Positions 27,106 to 37,070 of a stretch of 64,000 nt of DNA are shown here, piece by piece. Each line of letters opens with the position of its first letter. Position 1 is the stretch's first letter. This DNA comes from a virus. The notes below the pieces were generated by a model. That model was not told the origin of the DNA, searched no databases, and saw nothing but the letters and a program-made list of their open reading frames with translations. Location: the IMG/VR virus record IMGVR_UViG_3300025697_000013, positions 22,904 through 86,903 of that record; one strand, given 5' to 3'. Position numbers and translations under genes: made by a program.

Positions 27106-27678
27106 CTACATCGTTGTCATCTGATCTTCCGGATCGGTCCAGAAGGTCAGGATATTGAAGCTCTCCCACAGGGAGGGTCCTTCGTAGATCGCACTGGTCG
27201 CGGGGAATATGCTGCCGTCAGCAATTCGCTCGAAGTCCTCGTAGATCTGCGTGCCACCGAAGACGTCGTCCGCGTAGAGAGCACCGGCAATAGCGAACCC
27301 ACTCGGTACCAGTTCGAAGTCCTCCACGGGCTGCGTCCCGCCGAGAACCTCATCCACGTACTCCGCTCCCTCGATCCCCACCAGGTTATCATAGAACCAC
27401 GCGCCGGCCGGCCACTCGGCCTCGAAGTCCTCGACTCGGTCGTCCGGATCATCGTGATCGTTTTGAGTGTACTCAGCCAATTCAGACAGCATCGGATCAG
27501 CCACTGCCTCAACTGAGAATGTGTCCCGGCAAGTCACGACAAGATCCCCGGCGACCGGCGGGTCCGTCTCGGTGTACTCAGCGCAGTACTCGCCTTTGGG
27601 AATCCCCGAGAGCACCCACGCGTCGGCGTCCCCGGGACCGGGCCCGCCCACGCTCCAGTCGCCGTTGAGGACAGCCAT
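27106..27678 (-). CDS. acidic virion protein with VEDFE repeats
   Basis: Starts MAVLNGD, overlapping the baseplate J stop; three (V/Y)EDFE motifs plus WESFN. Confidence 0.7.
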   Translation of the reverse strand: MAVLNGDWSVGGPGPGDADAWVLSGIPKGEYCAEYTETDPPVAGDLVVTCRDTFSVEAVADPMLSELAEYTQNDHDDPDDRVEDFEAEWPAGAWFYDNLVGIEGAEYVDEVLGGTQPVEDFELVPSGFAIAGALYADDVFGGTQIYEDFERIADGSIFPATSAIYEGPSLWESFNILTFWTDPEDQMTTM

Positions 27679-29195
27679 CAAATCGCCAGCCCTGTGTCGC
27701 CATCGATGAGCGTCAGCGTTCCGAGCTTCGGGAACTCGCGCAGTGTCAGGACCACGTCGTCGATGGGAATGAAGTCGTCCTCCTCGACCTTGCGGACCCC
27801 AGAGGCGAGCTTCACCGTGGTGTAGATGTCTCCCCATGTGAGAGCAGGATCGGGATCTCCATCCACGTCGAGGTAGTAGTACCCGAAGTTGATCGCGTCG
27901 TTCACCGTCCCGTCCGAGTCGTTCGGCCGGAAGAGCGCCTGCAGCGCAGCCAGAATATTGGCCCGCGCCACAGAGGGAGTGGTGCCCTGGTGCAACCACA
28001 CCCGGGCAGTGATGTCCACCGTCTTGAAAATCGCAGCCTGCACCTGGAAATCGAAGGTGGCGGGCCATGGATAGTTGTCTTCGAGGTAGGTGTAGGCCTG
28101 CAAAATCAGCACAGCAGAAGCTGTCTCTGCCTCTGTCGAGTTGGGCATGATGTAGAGGATCCCGGAGTTCTCGTCAACCGTCGAATCGATGTCCGAGACA
28201 GCCATGAAGACCCGGCCCACCGTCGGCATCCGAAGCGCGTTCACCTCGTAGTCCTCGCGCCCCACGCAGCGGGTCAGCGCCGTGGCGTAGAGCGGAATCA
28301 GTGCCTTGCCCATCTCTTTGGACATCATGTTCCCGCCGCCGTCGGCGTCCGTGGTGTTGGTGACAGCGAGCCGCACCGGCGTCGAATCCACGTCAGCGAT
28401 GGAGTCCACCAGCCTCGTGAGCATCCCGGCGACCACCTGGTTCCCGTCGCTCCCGCCACCGGTGCGGTAGGAGACGGCGATGTTCCCGGTGGGAATCGCT
28501 CCGGTGATGTCGTTCCCGAAGAGCATCCTCGCCTTGCCGTTCGCGTCCACCTTCCGGGTGAAGTAGAGGTCCGAGCTGATCGCCAGTGCCAGGGCCGAGG
28601 TCCTCGTGAATGCCCCGTTCCCGGCGATGACCGTTTCGGAGTCATCGAGGTAGGGAGTGTTGGGAAGCTCGATCTGCTGCCAGGCCCGGCCCGTGGACGT
28701 GTAGTTCGCCGTGTGCAAGACGCTGTGGGACGCTGCCACATCAACGGTCGAATTCCCGGCGATCAAGGTGGCGTCTGCGGTCGTCGAGAATGTCAACGGA
28801 TCGGTCAGGCCCGCGGTCCGGACTTTCGTCCCTGCGGGAATCAGGATGTCCTTCGCGTGCGTCCCCCCGCCCTTGATGGAAAATTGCAGCGTGGTAATGG
28901 CCGCCGACGCCCCGGGGAGAGCGAAGCCGATCGCCCCTGCCTTCGCCACGATGGACCTCCGCAGACGCGCCGTCGCGTACTTCGACTCCAGGCTTTCGTT
29001 GTCCGTCCGGCAGACGACGATCTCGCCCGCGTGGAACATCGCCTCAAGGATCAGGGTCTCGATCCCGGGGATCAGAGCCAGATTCGGAAACGCCTGCTGG
29101 ACGAGCGCCATAATCCTGGCCCGCATGGAGTCGTAGTCCAGGCTCGTGAAGTCCGGAAACGGATCAGGGACATAGAGCGGGGTTGGCTGTGGCAT
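27678..29195 (-). CDS. baseplate J-like wedge protein
   Basis: DFTSLDYDS, FGNDITGAIP, YRTGGGSDGN, RCVGREDYE. Confidence 0.9.
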   Translation of the reverse strand: MPQPTPLYVPDPFPDFTSLDYDSMRARIMALVQQAFPNLALIPGIETLILEAMFHAGEIVVCRTDNESLESKYATARLRRSIVAKAGAIGFALPGASAAITTLQFSIKGGGTHAKDILIPAGTKVRTAGLTDPLTFSTTADATLIAGNSTVDVAASHSVLHTANYTSTGRAWQQIELPNTPYLDDSETVIAGNGAFTRTSALALAISSDLYFTRKVDANGKARMLFGNDITGAIPTGNIAVSYRTGGGSDGNQVVAGMLTRLVDSIADVDSTPVRLAVTNTTDADGGGNMMSKEMGKALIPLYATALTRCVGREDYEVNALRMPTVGRVFMAVSDIDSTVDENSGILYIMPNSTEAETASAVLILQAYTYLEDNYPWPATFDFQVQAAIFKTVDITARVWLHQGTTPSVARANILAALQALFRPNDSDGTVNDAINFGYYYLDVDGDPDPALTWGDIYTTVKLASGVRKVEEDDFIPIDDVVLTLREFPKLGTLTLIDGDTGLAI

Positions 29196-29198
29196 CGG

Positions 29199-29615
29199 TC
29201 AAACCTCCAACTCGAACTCGCCGTTTAGGGTGCGCTCCACGGGGGCCCCGGTCATCACTCGCGCCAGCGCCGCGCCGACCGCCCACCGGATGGTGATGAA
29301 AAAGGACGGCCCGGTGGTGCGATACGACGATCGGATCCGAACCCCTGGAAGGTCGCGATCGAGGGCGTCCAGGATGTAGTGCTGTGCGAGTTCCGCGGTG
29401 GCGATGGAACGACCCCGCCGGTGCTTCAGAAGATGCGTCTTCGTCCCGCGTGTCGGATCCCAGGGGGTCTCTCCGACGCTGCGAGGTGTACTGCAACGCG
29501 TGTTCGTCACCCGACGGATTGCCTGCTGAATGATGGTTGTGGCAGTCCTGGTCTGAGCCCATCCCTTCCCGTGAGCCCGAAACGGCATCCTCAGTACTAC
29601 GAGTTGACCAGCCAT
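29199..29615 (-). CDS. baseplate gp25/GPW-like protein
   Basis: GETPWDPTRGT motif; position between gpV and J. Confidence 0.7.
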   Translation of the reverse strand: MAGQLVVLRMPFRAHGKGWAQTRTATTIIQQAIRRVTNTRCSTPRSVGETPWDPTRGTKTHLLKHRRGRSIATAELAQHYILDALDRDLPGVRIRSSYRTTGPSFFITIRWAVGAALARVMTGAPVERTLNGEFELEV

Positions 29616-29667
29616 TCTTATCACCTCAGACGCAATCCTACAGGAACACACGGCCCTCGCACAACCC

Positions 29668-30210
29668 CTAGATGGGGTCGGTCCCGGCGGCGACCGGGCG
29701 TCCCCGGATTGTCACGAGCGGAGCGTCGATGTCAATCTGCCCCACAGAATCCAGGAGCAACTTCGTGATCCCAGAGAGCCTCACGGTGCCTGCCTTCCCG
29801 TCCATGTCCAGGATCTCAGTTCCGTCGGTGGACCGAAGCGTTGCCCGCGGGGAGTCGGTCCTCTCGTCCACGATCAGGACGAACGAGTCCCATTTGAAAA
29901 CCTGCACCTCCGGGTACCCATCCATGGCCTCGTCCGGGAGATCGTCGTCGCCGAATCCAGCAGGCATGTACCAAGGGTAGTCAGGGTTGTTTCCGGCGAA
30001 CCAGACTGCAACTACGTCCCCCTCTTTCAGGTTCCACGCCTGCCCACGCTTCCGCCCACCGAACCCGAGTGGCCGCGCCCAGCCAGTTGGCTCGGCGATC
30101 CCGGGGAGGAACACCTGCACCCGCTTCTGCTTATCGGGATCGTCGACGCTCCAGACCTCGCCGACCTTCATCCCCGCCAAGTGCTCGTTGTGCATTCCGC
30201 CTGCCATCAC
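29668..30210 (-). CDS. baseplate spike gpV / Vgr OB-fold protein
   Basis: DDPDKQKRVQV..P...WARP...GDVVAVWF..NNPDYP. Confidence 0.88.
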   Translation of the reverse strand: MMAGGMHNEHLAGMKVGEVWSVDDPDKQKRVQVFLPGIAEPTGWARPLGFGGRKRGQAWNLKEGDVVAVWFAGNNPDYPWYMPAGFGDDDLPDEAMDGYPEVQVFKWDSFVLIVDERTDSPRATLRSTDGTEILDMDGKAGTVRLSGITKLLLDSVGQIDIDAPLVTIRGRPVAAGTDPI

Positions 30211-31676
30211 TTTTGCCTATACTCCGTCACGGTCTGGCCGCTCTCGAAATCAACAGCCTCGAACTCCTCGACACCTGGGTTCGCTGACTGCCCGGTCTGC
30301 TCGCCAATATTGTACGCAGTCCCCTCCGGAGTCGGCGGCCCCATAAATTCGTCGCCGGTGCTAGACTCCTTCCCGGCGGTCTTCACCTTCGCTGGTCCGG
30401 CCGCCCGCTTGAGGCCGTCGGAATTGAGCTTCAGGATTGTCTTGTATCCGCCTCCGCCCTTCCGGTGATGGACGCAATTCTCCACATAATACTTCCCGGA
30501 AAACATCGGCACGCCAGGGACATGGAGTCCGATCACCTGCCGGGCCTCCCGCTCCGGTTCGCCGATGATCGTGAGCGTGGCCTTCACCACCTGCCGGCGG
30601 GCCTCCTGGTACGCTGCCCTGGCGATCCTGCGGGCCTCGGTCCTGGACCCCATGGGCAAGGCAATCACGCGTTCCTGGGTAGCTCGGTCGACCTCCTCTG
30701 TGAGTTTTGCACCGCCCTTGAGGGTAGTGGTCGTCTCACCGGTCTCGAGATCGACCTCCTCAAGCAGCGTTGGTGTCGGTGCCGCCGAGGTGGACGGAGC
30801 AAGGGTCACTCCGTACGCGTCGTGCAGGACATCGATGATCGCCTCCGGGAGCTCCCGCAGCGCGAGTTGATTCTCGGTGACGAACTCGCTGTCGTCGACG
30901 TCCCCGTCGTAGCCCACGGGAGAGTAGCCCCCGGTGGTAGGGAGGTCCGTCACTGTTTCGTTGTCAGCGACCTCCTCGATCACCTCCCTGGTCCGCGGGT
31001 CGTAGGTCCGCACCCGGACCCGGGCCGGGATGGTGGACACGTCGGACTCGGGAGCAAAACTCAGCACCCGCGCATTGCTCCCACCGATGTGGTAGACGTA
31101 CACATCGACGGGATCCTTGTCTGCCGGGCGCGGCTTCCAGTGGATACCATCGGGGTCCATCCAGAACTCGAACCCCTCCCGCCTGGCCAACCAAGTCAAA
31201 AACTGGGCGTCGGTCATCCGGGCCTGCACGACGTGATCGAAGACCTCGTCTGTCTTCTGGATATCCTGCATCGAGAATGAGTACCCAAGCTCGTCGGCGA
31301 TCTGGGCCACCACGTCGGAGCGCCGGATGCCCTCCCAGGTGCGCGTCTTCGTATCAGCGTGGGCCAGGATCTTCCTGCCGAGCAGCTCCAGACTCAAGCG
31401 CTTGAACCCAGTGACCTTCTTCAACTCGAAGTGCCACTCCCGACTGAGCCGCCCGGGGTAGCCCCACCGGCAACCGAGGATCATCCCCTGCACCAACCAC
31501 TTAGAGAGAGGCGGAGCGAAGCAACGGAGGTCCCCGTTGTCGATGACGAACTTGGCAGTGTCCACCTTGCGCTCGTCGTCCTCGACTCGGAAGTCTAGTA
31601 GCGGCAACGGGAACGCCTCCGTCTCGCCGGAACGGCGGACGGCCCGGATCACGAGGATGGGGGCGTCAGGGTTCAC
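30207..31676 (-). CDS. baseplate hub (phage late control D-like)
   Basis: WGYPG, QARMTDAQFLTWLARREGFEF, SGKYYVENCVH. Confidence 0.88.
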   Translation of the reverse strand: MNPDAPILVIRAVRRSGETEAFPLPLLDFRVEDDERKVDTAKFVIDNGDLRCFAPPLSKWLVQGMILGCRWGYPGRLSREWHFELKKVTGFKRLSLELLGRKILAHADTKTRTWEGIRRSDVVAQIADELGYSFSMQDIQKTDEVFDHVVQARMTDAQFLTWLARREGFEFWMDPDGIHWKPRPADKDPVDVYVYHIGGSNARVLSFAPESDVSTIPARVRVRTYDPRTREVIEEVADNETVTDLPTTGGYSPVGYDGDVDDSEFVTENQLALRELPEAIIDVLHDAYGVTLAPSTSAAPTPTLLEEVDLETGETTTTLKGGAKLTEEVDRATQERVIALPMGSRTEARRIARAAYQEARRQVVKATLTIIGEPEREARQVIGLHVPGVPMFSGKYYVENCVHHRKGGGGYKTILKLNSDGLKRAAGPAKVKTAGKESSTGDEFMGPPTPEGTAYNIGEQTGQSANPGVEEFEAVDFESGQTVTEYRQK

Positions 31677-32035
31677 TAGATCCCAGCGATGCTCACGGTC
31701 TGCCGGCTCCGCATCAGGTCGGGGACAGCATCCTCAGCGGGGGCGTAGACCACTCGGCTTGCCTCGATCAGTTCGACCGGATCCACCGCGGGCGTCGGCT
31801 GAAAATCCATCAGCAACCAGACGAGGACCGTTCCCCCCCGAGGATAGTCGGGGAACGATCGAGCGGCGAGCTGGTACCATGTCTCCCCACCTCTGACCGG
31901 GATCACACGGGTGCCTGGCAGGTCCCGGTACCCAACAGGATCAGGGAGATCAAGGTATCTGATGTCCCCGCGCTTCGGATCTGTGATGATGCGAGCGCGG
32001 TACCCGATGTAGCGGCTCCATGCTCGAGGTCCCAT
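31676..32035 (-). CDS. LysM/tail X-like baseplate protein
   Basis: VRGGETWYQLAARSF...W..MDFQ. Confidence 0.7.
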   Translation of the reverse strand: MGPRAWSRYIGYRARIITDPKRGDIRYLDLPDPVGYRDLPGTRVIPVRGGETWYQLAARSFPDYPRGGTVLVWLLMDFQPTPAVDPVELIEASRVVYAPAEDAVPDLMRSRQTVSIAGI

Positions 32036-32640
32036 CAGAACGCAACCTCCCCCGGCCACAGCAGACCCGTCTCGCGGACCTCCTCAGAAGAGACCCGGCT
32101 GCCACGGATCCCGGTGACCTGCATCTGAGCCCTTGAGACCATCGATCGAAGGTCTGTGTTTCGGAACTGGATCCGCCTGATCACCACCCGCTCGACCCGC
32201 ACGACCATGCTGACCTCGTTCGGCCAGATCACCAGCACCCGCGGGGGGGCGCTCGAGTGGACCGTCGACGCCATCTCGGCTGGGTACACCAGGCTCAACA
32301 GGAATCGCTGGATCTCCTGGATATCTCGCAAGAATCCGCTACCAGGTTCGTTCTCGACAGCCTTCAGCCAGAGCAGCAAATCGATGGGGAAGGACGGACT
32401 CTCGGTCCCCTCGTAGTGCATCCGGCTTGTGGTGTGTCCGATGGGCAGGAGCTTCGCCCACTTCGCTACCACCGTCGTCACCAACTCGGTCGGGTTGAAC
32501 GGCACCTCGAACTCGTCCCCACTGGCCATGTCCACCAGCAGGAGCTTCGGCTTCACGTTGGCCGTCGTTTTGAACGTCATCCCCATCGCCTCGAGGACTG
32601 CCTGCTGGATGACGGATTCCTGCTCCTCAATCGTAGGCAT
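32035..32640 (-). CDS. tube-initiator protein (contractile injection system tube-like)
   Basis: VPFNPTEL, APPRVLVIWP; follows the tape measure gene. Confidence 0.75.
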   Translation of the reverse strand: MPTIEEQESVIQQAVLEAMGMTFKTTANVKPKLLLVDMASGDEFEVPFNPTELVTTVVAKWAKLLPIGHTTSRMHYEGTESPSFPIDLLLWLKAVENEPGSGFLRDIQEIQRFLLSLVYPAEMASTVHSSAPPRVLVIWPNEVSMVVRVERVVIRRIQFRNTDLRSMVSRAQMQVTGIRGSRVSSEEVRETGLLWPGEVAF

Positions 32641-32645
32641 CGCTG

Positions 32646-35396
32646 CTACTCCGCACCGAGGGGTTCTTGCTCAAGGTTCCGCATGCGACCACTCCTGTCG
32701 ATGGATGCACTGACCCTGGCCAGCTCTTCCTCGCCCACCTTGATGACGATCTCTGATTTGCCAATCTCCAGCCCCTTGGCTTCAGCCTGCGCATCGAGAA
32801 GTTCGACCAGGCGCGCCATCGCAGGATCGGCTCTCATCGCAGTTACGGTGCTCGCGAATTCGGCCCCCTGTTCCTTGGTGGTTTTTATCGAACCCTCGGG
32901 GCCATACTTCCCCATATATACGTCCTTCCACCAGTTGTACTCGGGCGTGCTCTCGATCGCCCGGTTGGCCTTCGCCCACTCCACCAGTTCGTCGGGGAGG
33001 TAACTGGCGGGCATCTTCATGATGATCCCGGCCACGACCTTGGAAATCTTGTCGATGGCAGCCTTGAAGACCCTGGCCACCTCCTGGCCGAAGCTGACGA
33101 TCGGCTCGATCACCCACTCCTGCAACCACTCGTACATCTTCTTGAACGCCGCGGGCAGGGTCTCGTCGAAGAATTTTGCGACCCCTGGGAAGTCCTTCCA
33201 GATGGCGTCCTTCAACTTCTTGAAGTAGTTGATCACGCCCTTGACGAACCCGATGACGCCCTCGATCCCAGCGGCCACCGTGTCGAAGGCAATGGCGATG
33301 CCCTTCACAGCGACCCCCACGACCTTCCCAAGGAAGCTTGCCAGGCCGCTGAGGGTTTCCTTGAGGCTTCCTGTCCCACCAAGCAGGCTGTCAAAGATCC
33401 CGACCACGCCCTCCACCGCACCCCAGATATGTCCGAACCCACTCACCAGATCATCGATCGGGCTCCCCATGCCCTCAAAGACAGAGGCCATCCCATTGAA
33501 AATCTGCTCGACCAGGCCCCACATGAACGCAGCGGAATCGGCGATGAAGTTGAACGCCTTCCCCACCGTCTCCATGATCGTCTTGCCGAAGCTCTTCCAG
33601 GACGCGCTACTGCTGGTGACGGCGCCGCGCCCACCCACCAGGGCAGTGAACACCCGCTCGACGGCATCCAGCACTCCACCGAAAGCATTCCCGAAAGCGA
33701 CCAGCGAAGGCCTTGCCGCTTCCCACGCCGAGGCCATCCCCTCCATCGCCCCATCCCACATAGCACGGAAGCGAGTGGCCAGCATCCCCACGCCGATCAC
33801 AAACTGCTTGATCCCGGCATTCTCTGCCTTGCCCAGCTCCTCCCGAATGGCCCCAGAGAACCCTCCCTGTGTGAAGAGCTGCACCAGCCCGTCCCAGGCC
33901 AGGCGCACCCGGCCCACAACGCCGTCGATCCAATCGGCGAAGCCACCGAGGTTTTCCTCGTACGCTTTCTTGATCAGGAGTGCAGCCCCGACCACGACGG
34001 CGATCGGAGCAGCGATCCGCAGGAGGGAACCCGCAGTCACGAGAGCCACTGCACGGAGCGCACCAAGCCCACGCAGGAGCAGCGGGATCGCGCCGGAGAG
34101 GAAGATCATGGCGCCCCCAGCAACCATGGTCACACCGGCGATCCGGATGAAGTTGGCGATGCCTGCCTTGGTCGAATCAGGCAACGCCTGCCAGCTCTCG
34201 ATCATCCGGTTGATCACTTTGATGAAGCCCTCGACAGCGGGCCGGAGCGCCAGAGCCATGTCCTGGCCCACCACCGTGGTGAAGGTCTGCACCGACCCCC
34301 TGGCCAGGGTCATCTGCCCCTCGAAGGTGTCCAGGAGACGGTCCTTGAATTCGGCCGCTGTGTCCCCGGCATTCGTCAACTCCTCGCGCAAGAACTTGAT
34401 GGCCTCAACTCCCTTGAGGATCTGCTTCGTTCCATCGGGAAGGACCTTCGTCGCTGTCGCACGGGCAATCGCGCTGAAAGCCATGAGGCCACGAGCACCG
34501 AAGGCGCGGGCCACGACAGCGTTCCGTTCCTCATCCGTCGAGGCAGCCAGCTTCACATTCAGATCCTGCATCACGTCCACGAGGCTCCGGATCTTCTTCG
34601 TCTGCTTGTCGTAGATGTCAACGCCCTTTCCCGTCACCGCGTTCTGCGCATTCTGGTCCGAGGCCAGCCGTCGAGTCGCCTCCCGGTACGCGGTCGAGGC
34701 AGAGGATGCGTCGATGTTCATGTTCCGGAGTTGGCCCACGACCAGGAGGGTGTCCTCGATGCTCTGCCCGAACAGACCACCCGCAGCCGCTGCCTTCGCC
34801 AACCCGACGGAGAAGTCCCTGGCCTGGAAGTTGGTGAGTTGAGTCACGCGCAACAACTTGTCGGTGACGATCGCCGCGTCCCCGGCTGCCAGGCCATACG
34901 CATTCAGGGTACCGACCACGGCCTCCGCTGCCTGCGCCACCCCGAGCTGGCCGAGAGAACCGGCAGCCAGATCCAGGACGGGGATCAAGGTCTCCGTCGC
35001 CTGGGCTGCCGACTGCCCGGCGGTCGCCAGGGAGGTGAGTCCCTCCACCGCCTCCTTCGGCGAGAACTGCGTGGCGATACCCGCTTTGATCGCAGTGTCC
35101 TCGAGCGACTTCAACTCCAAGGTAGTAGCGCGGGTCACGGCCCCGACCGCGGCGAGCCCCTGCTCGAACTCACCTGCAGCCTTGGCCAGCTTGAACTGCG
35201 CCCCGAGGAGCAGGCCCCCCGCTGCCATACCAGCGAGGCCAGTTCCCATCGCAGTCATATTTCGAGTGAAGGATGCTCGGGTCTTGTCGACGTCTGTCCG
35301 GAGGCCAGTGAAGTCGTTCCGGAGGCCCTTGACATGGCCGCTGGCGAGGTTCTTGGCGGTAAACAGGAAGCCGAGTCCCATGTTGTTTAGCGCCAC
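32646..35396 (-). CDS. tail tape measure protein (TP901 family core)
   Basis: [33 protein letters not shown]; helical and Ala-rich. Confidence 0.93.
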   Translation of the reverse strand: MALNNMGLGFLFTAKNLASGHVKGLRNDFTGLRTDVDKTRASFTRNMTAMGTGLAGMAAGGLLLGAQFKLAKAAGEFEQGLAAVGAVTRATTLELKSLEDTAIKAGIATQFSPKEAVEGLTSLATAGQSAAQATETLIPVLDLAAGSLGQLGVAQAAEAVVGTLNAYGLAAGDAAIVTDKLLRVTQLTNFQARDFSVGLAKAAAAGGLFGQSIEDTLLVVGQLRNMNIDASSASTAYREATRRLASDQNAQNAVTGKGVDIYDKQTKKIRSLVDVMQDLNVKLAASTDEERNAVVARAFGARGLMAFSAIARATATKVLPDGTKQILKGVEAIKFLREELTNAGDTAAEFKDRLLDTFEGQMTLARGSVQTFTTVVGQDMALALRPAVEGFIKVINRMIESWQALPDSTKAGIANFIRIAGVTMVAGGAMIFLSGAIPLLLRGLGALRAVALVTAGSLLRIAAPIAVVVGAALLIKKAYEENLGGFADWIDGVVGRVRLAWDGLVQLFTQGGFSGAIREELGKAENAGIKQFVIGVGMLATRFRAMWDGAMEGMASAWEAARPSLVAFGNAFGGVLDAVERVFTALVGGRGAVTSSSASWKSFGKTIMETVGKAFNFIADSAAFMWGLVEQIFNGMASVFEGMGSPIDDLVSGFGHIWGAVEGVVGIFDSLLGGTGSLKETLSGLASFLGKVVGVAVKGIAIAFDTVAAGIEGVIGFVKGVINYFKKLKDAIWKDFPGVAKFFDETLPAAFKKMYEWLQEWVIEPIVSFGQEVARVFKAAIDKISKVVAGIIMKMPASYLPDELVEWAKANRAIESTPEYNWWKDVYMGKYGPEGSIKTTKEQGAEFASTVTAMRADPAMARLVELLDAQAEAKGLEIGKSEIVIKVGEEELARVSASIDRSGRMRNLEQEPLGAE

Positions 35397-35412
35397 GTTG
35401 ACCTCCTACTTC

Positions 35413-35625
35413 CTACTCCAACTCCTTCTTCTCCGCCTGGCGCTGCGTCTCGATCAGACCGATGTAGACATCAGCCTCGTCCGCGGCCAGATCCATGGCC
35501 CACTCCGGCGTGGCTGATAGGCCCTGCCCGCCGTAGCAAATCCACAGGAGTCTAAAGAGCTTCCACCGGACACCCTGCCCGGTGATCGGGAAGAGGCGCT
35601 CTACGGGGTACTGAGCGGCCCCCCC
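35413..35625 (-). CDS. tail assembly chaperone C-terminal extension (-1 frameshift product)
   Basis: Open -1 frame [13 protein letters not shown]...QAEKKELE* starting at the G7 run. Confidence 0.65.
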   Translation of the reverse strand, partial: GGAAQYPVERLFPITGQGVRWKLFRLLWICYGGQGLSATPEWAMDLAADEADVYIGLIETQRQAEKKELE

Positions 35626-36503
35626 TCCGTCTCCGTCTTCGGTTCTGGCACCTGGGCCTCCTCGGCCGGAGGGGCCTCCTGGATCTGTGACTCCCCCTCG
35701 TCGAGGTCGTCTACGACCTTCCTCCTCCCTGAGCGCGGAGAGAAGAAAGTCCGATCGAAAGGGAGTTCACGCTCAATGATGTTCCGGCATTTCGCGCAGA
35801 CCACTTCGATGGTCGTCTCCACGCCGCAGTCGTGCTCCTCCATCTCGGCCCGGAGCCAGTCCGCCTCGTCGCTGTCCAAGTCCTGGATCCAGCTCACGAT
35901 CTGCGACGGCTTCTTCCCCTCCACCTCGACGATCCGCATCATCAGGTTCAGGGTCGCCTGCCGGGTCGAGAACCTCGTTTGCTTCTCCAGCATGTCCCGC
36001 TCGATCTGACCGATCGGGAGGCTGTAGACCACCTTGGTTTCCGTCGATGGCAGGACGCACTCAAAGCGGTTACCTGCCTCGAACTTCGCACGGTCCTCCG
36101 CAGCCAAGGCCCGGACAGGCCGCGCCAGGAGGTCGATAGTCCACGGGATCTGCGTTCGGCATGTGGCGCTGGTGCACCGCACATCGAAGTCGTAGCTCTC
36201 GCCATCGGTGAAGCTCGTGACCCGCAGCATCAGCAGAGCGTAGTACCGATCGCCCTGGAGGATCTTCGTCCAGTCGACCACGACACCACTGCCACGCTCG
36301 AGGTGCCGGTACGGGCCCGGGTCGACCACCTGGACCGTGCAAGCCCCAAGGACCTCGTCCAGGGCCACACCGAGACGATGCGCCTCAACGTCGGCTAGGA
36401 TGTCCTCCTCGCGGACCTTCATCTTGCGCAGCACGACCACCATCCCGGAGGGGCAATCGATCTGCCTGGTCTTTGGTTTGATGACGGGTTTGGCTGCTGA
36501 CAT
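35601..36503 (-). CDS. tail assembly chaperone
   Basis: Between tube and tape measure; GDRYYALLMLR, two Cys pairs. Confidence 0.8.
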   Translation of the reverse strand: MSAAKPVIKPKTRQIDCPSGMVVVLRKMKVREEDILADVEAHRLGVALDEVLGACTVQVVDPGPYRHLERGSGVVVDWTKILQGDRYYALLMLRVTSFTDGESYDFDVRCTSATCRTQIPWTIDLLARPVRALAAEDRAKFEAGNRFECVLPSTETKVVYSLPIGQIERDMLEKQTRFSTRQATLNLMMRIVEVEGKKPSQIVSWIQDLDSDEADWLRAEMEEHDCGVETTIEVVCAKCRNIIERELPFDRTFFSPRSGRRKVVDDLDEGESQIQEAPPAEEAQVPEPKTETEGGPLSTP

Positions 36504-36596
36504 CTCTACCTCCACACGCTTTGGTGTTCTCTACCTGGACTCCACCGCGCCAATGCACGGGGTATCTCTACCTGGGGGGCCCGAAGGCCAAGGGCT

Positions 36597-37046
36597 CTAA
36601 TCGAGCCATTCGGGATAGCGGAACTTCAGGGTCAGAGCTTCCATGCGGACTTCGCTGGACTTGTTGTCCCACTTGCCGCTGGACCAGTCCGCCACCTGGC
36701 ACTCCTTGAGCACGAACTCTTCCTCGCGCTCATCGTCGTAGCCGAGCTGGACGATGGTGGCGGTGAAGGTGTCGGTGGAGCCCTTCCGGGACGCGGAGTT
36801 TGCGGACCGCTTGAACAGGTTCCACATATCCCTGTTCTCGGACGCACCTTTCGTCAGGGTGACGTCAGCGAACTTCACGCCCGCCGGGACATCCTCGGGG
36901 GTAAGCTCCCCACCCTCGAGGTACTCGGCGAACTCCTTGGTCCCCTTGATCTCGCCGCAGTCGGTGAAGCGAGATGACTCGACTCCGTCGATCTCGACGA
37001 GGAACTTCATCTCGAGGTAGCGATTGCGCGGCTTGCCAGTTGCCAT
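36597..37046 (-). CDS. tail tube protein (T4 gp19-like)
   Basis: KFLVEIDG...YLEGG...DVTLTKG...MEALTLKF. Confidence 0.92.
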   Translation of the reverse strand: MATGKPRNRYLEMKFLVEIDGVESSRFTDCGEIKGTKEFAEYLEGGELTPEDVPAGVKFADVTLTKGASENRDMWNLFKRSANSASRKGSTDTFTATIVQLGYDDEREEEFVLKECQVADWSSGKWDNKSSEVRMEALTLKFRYPEWLD

Positions 37047-37070
37047 GTCGTTCCTCCTCGCTCGCAGGCG

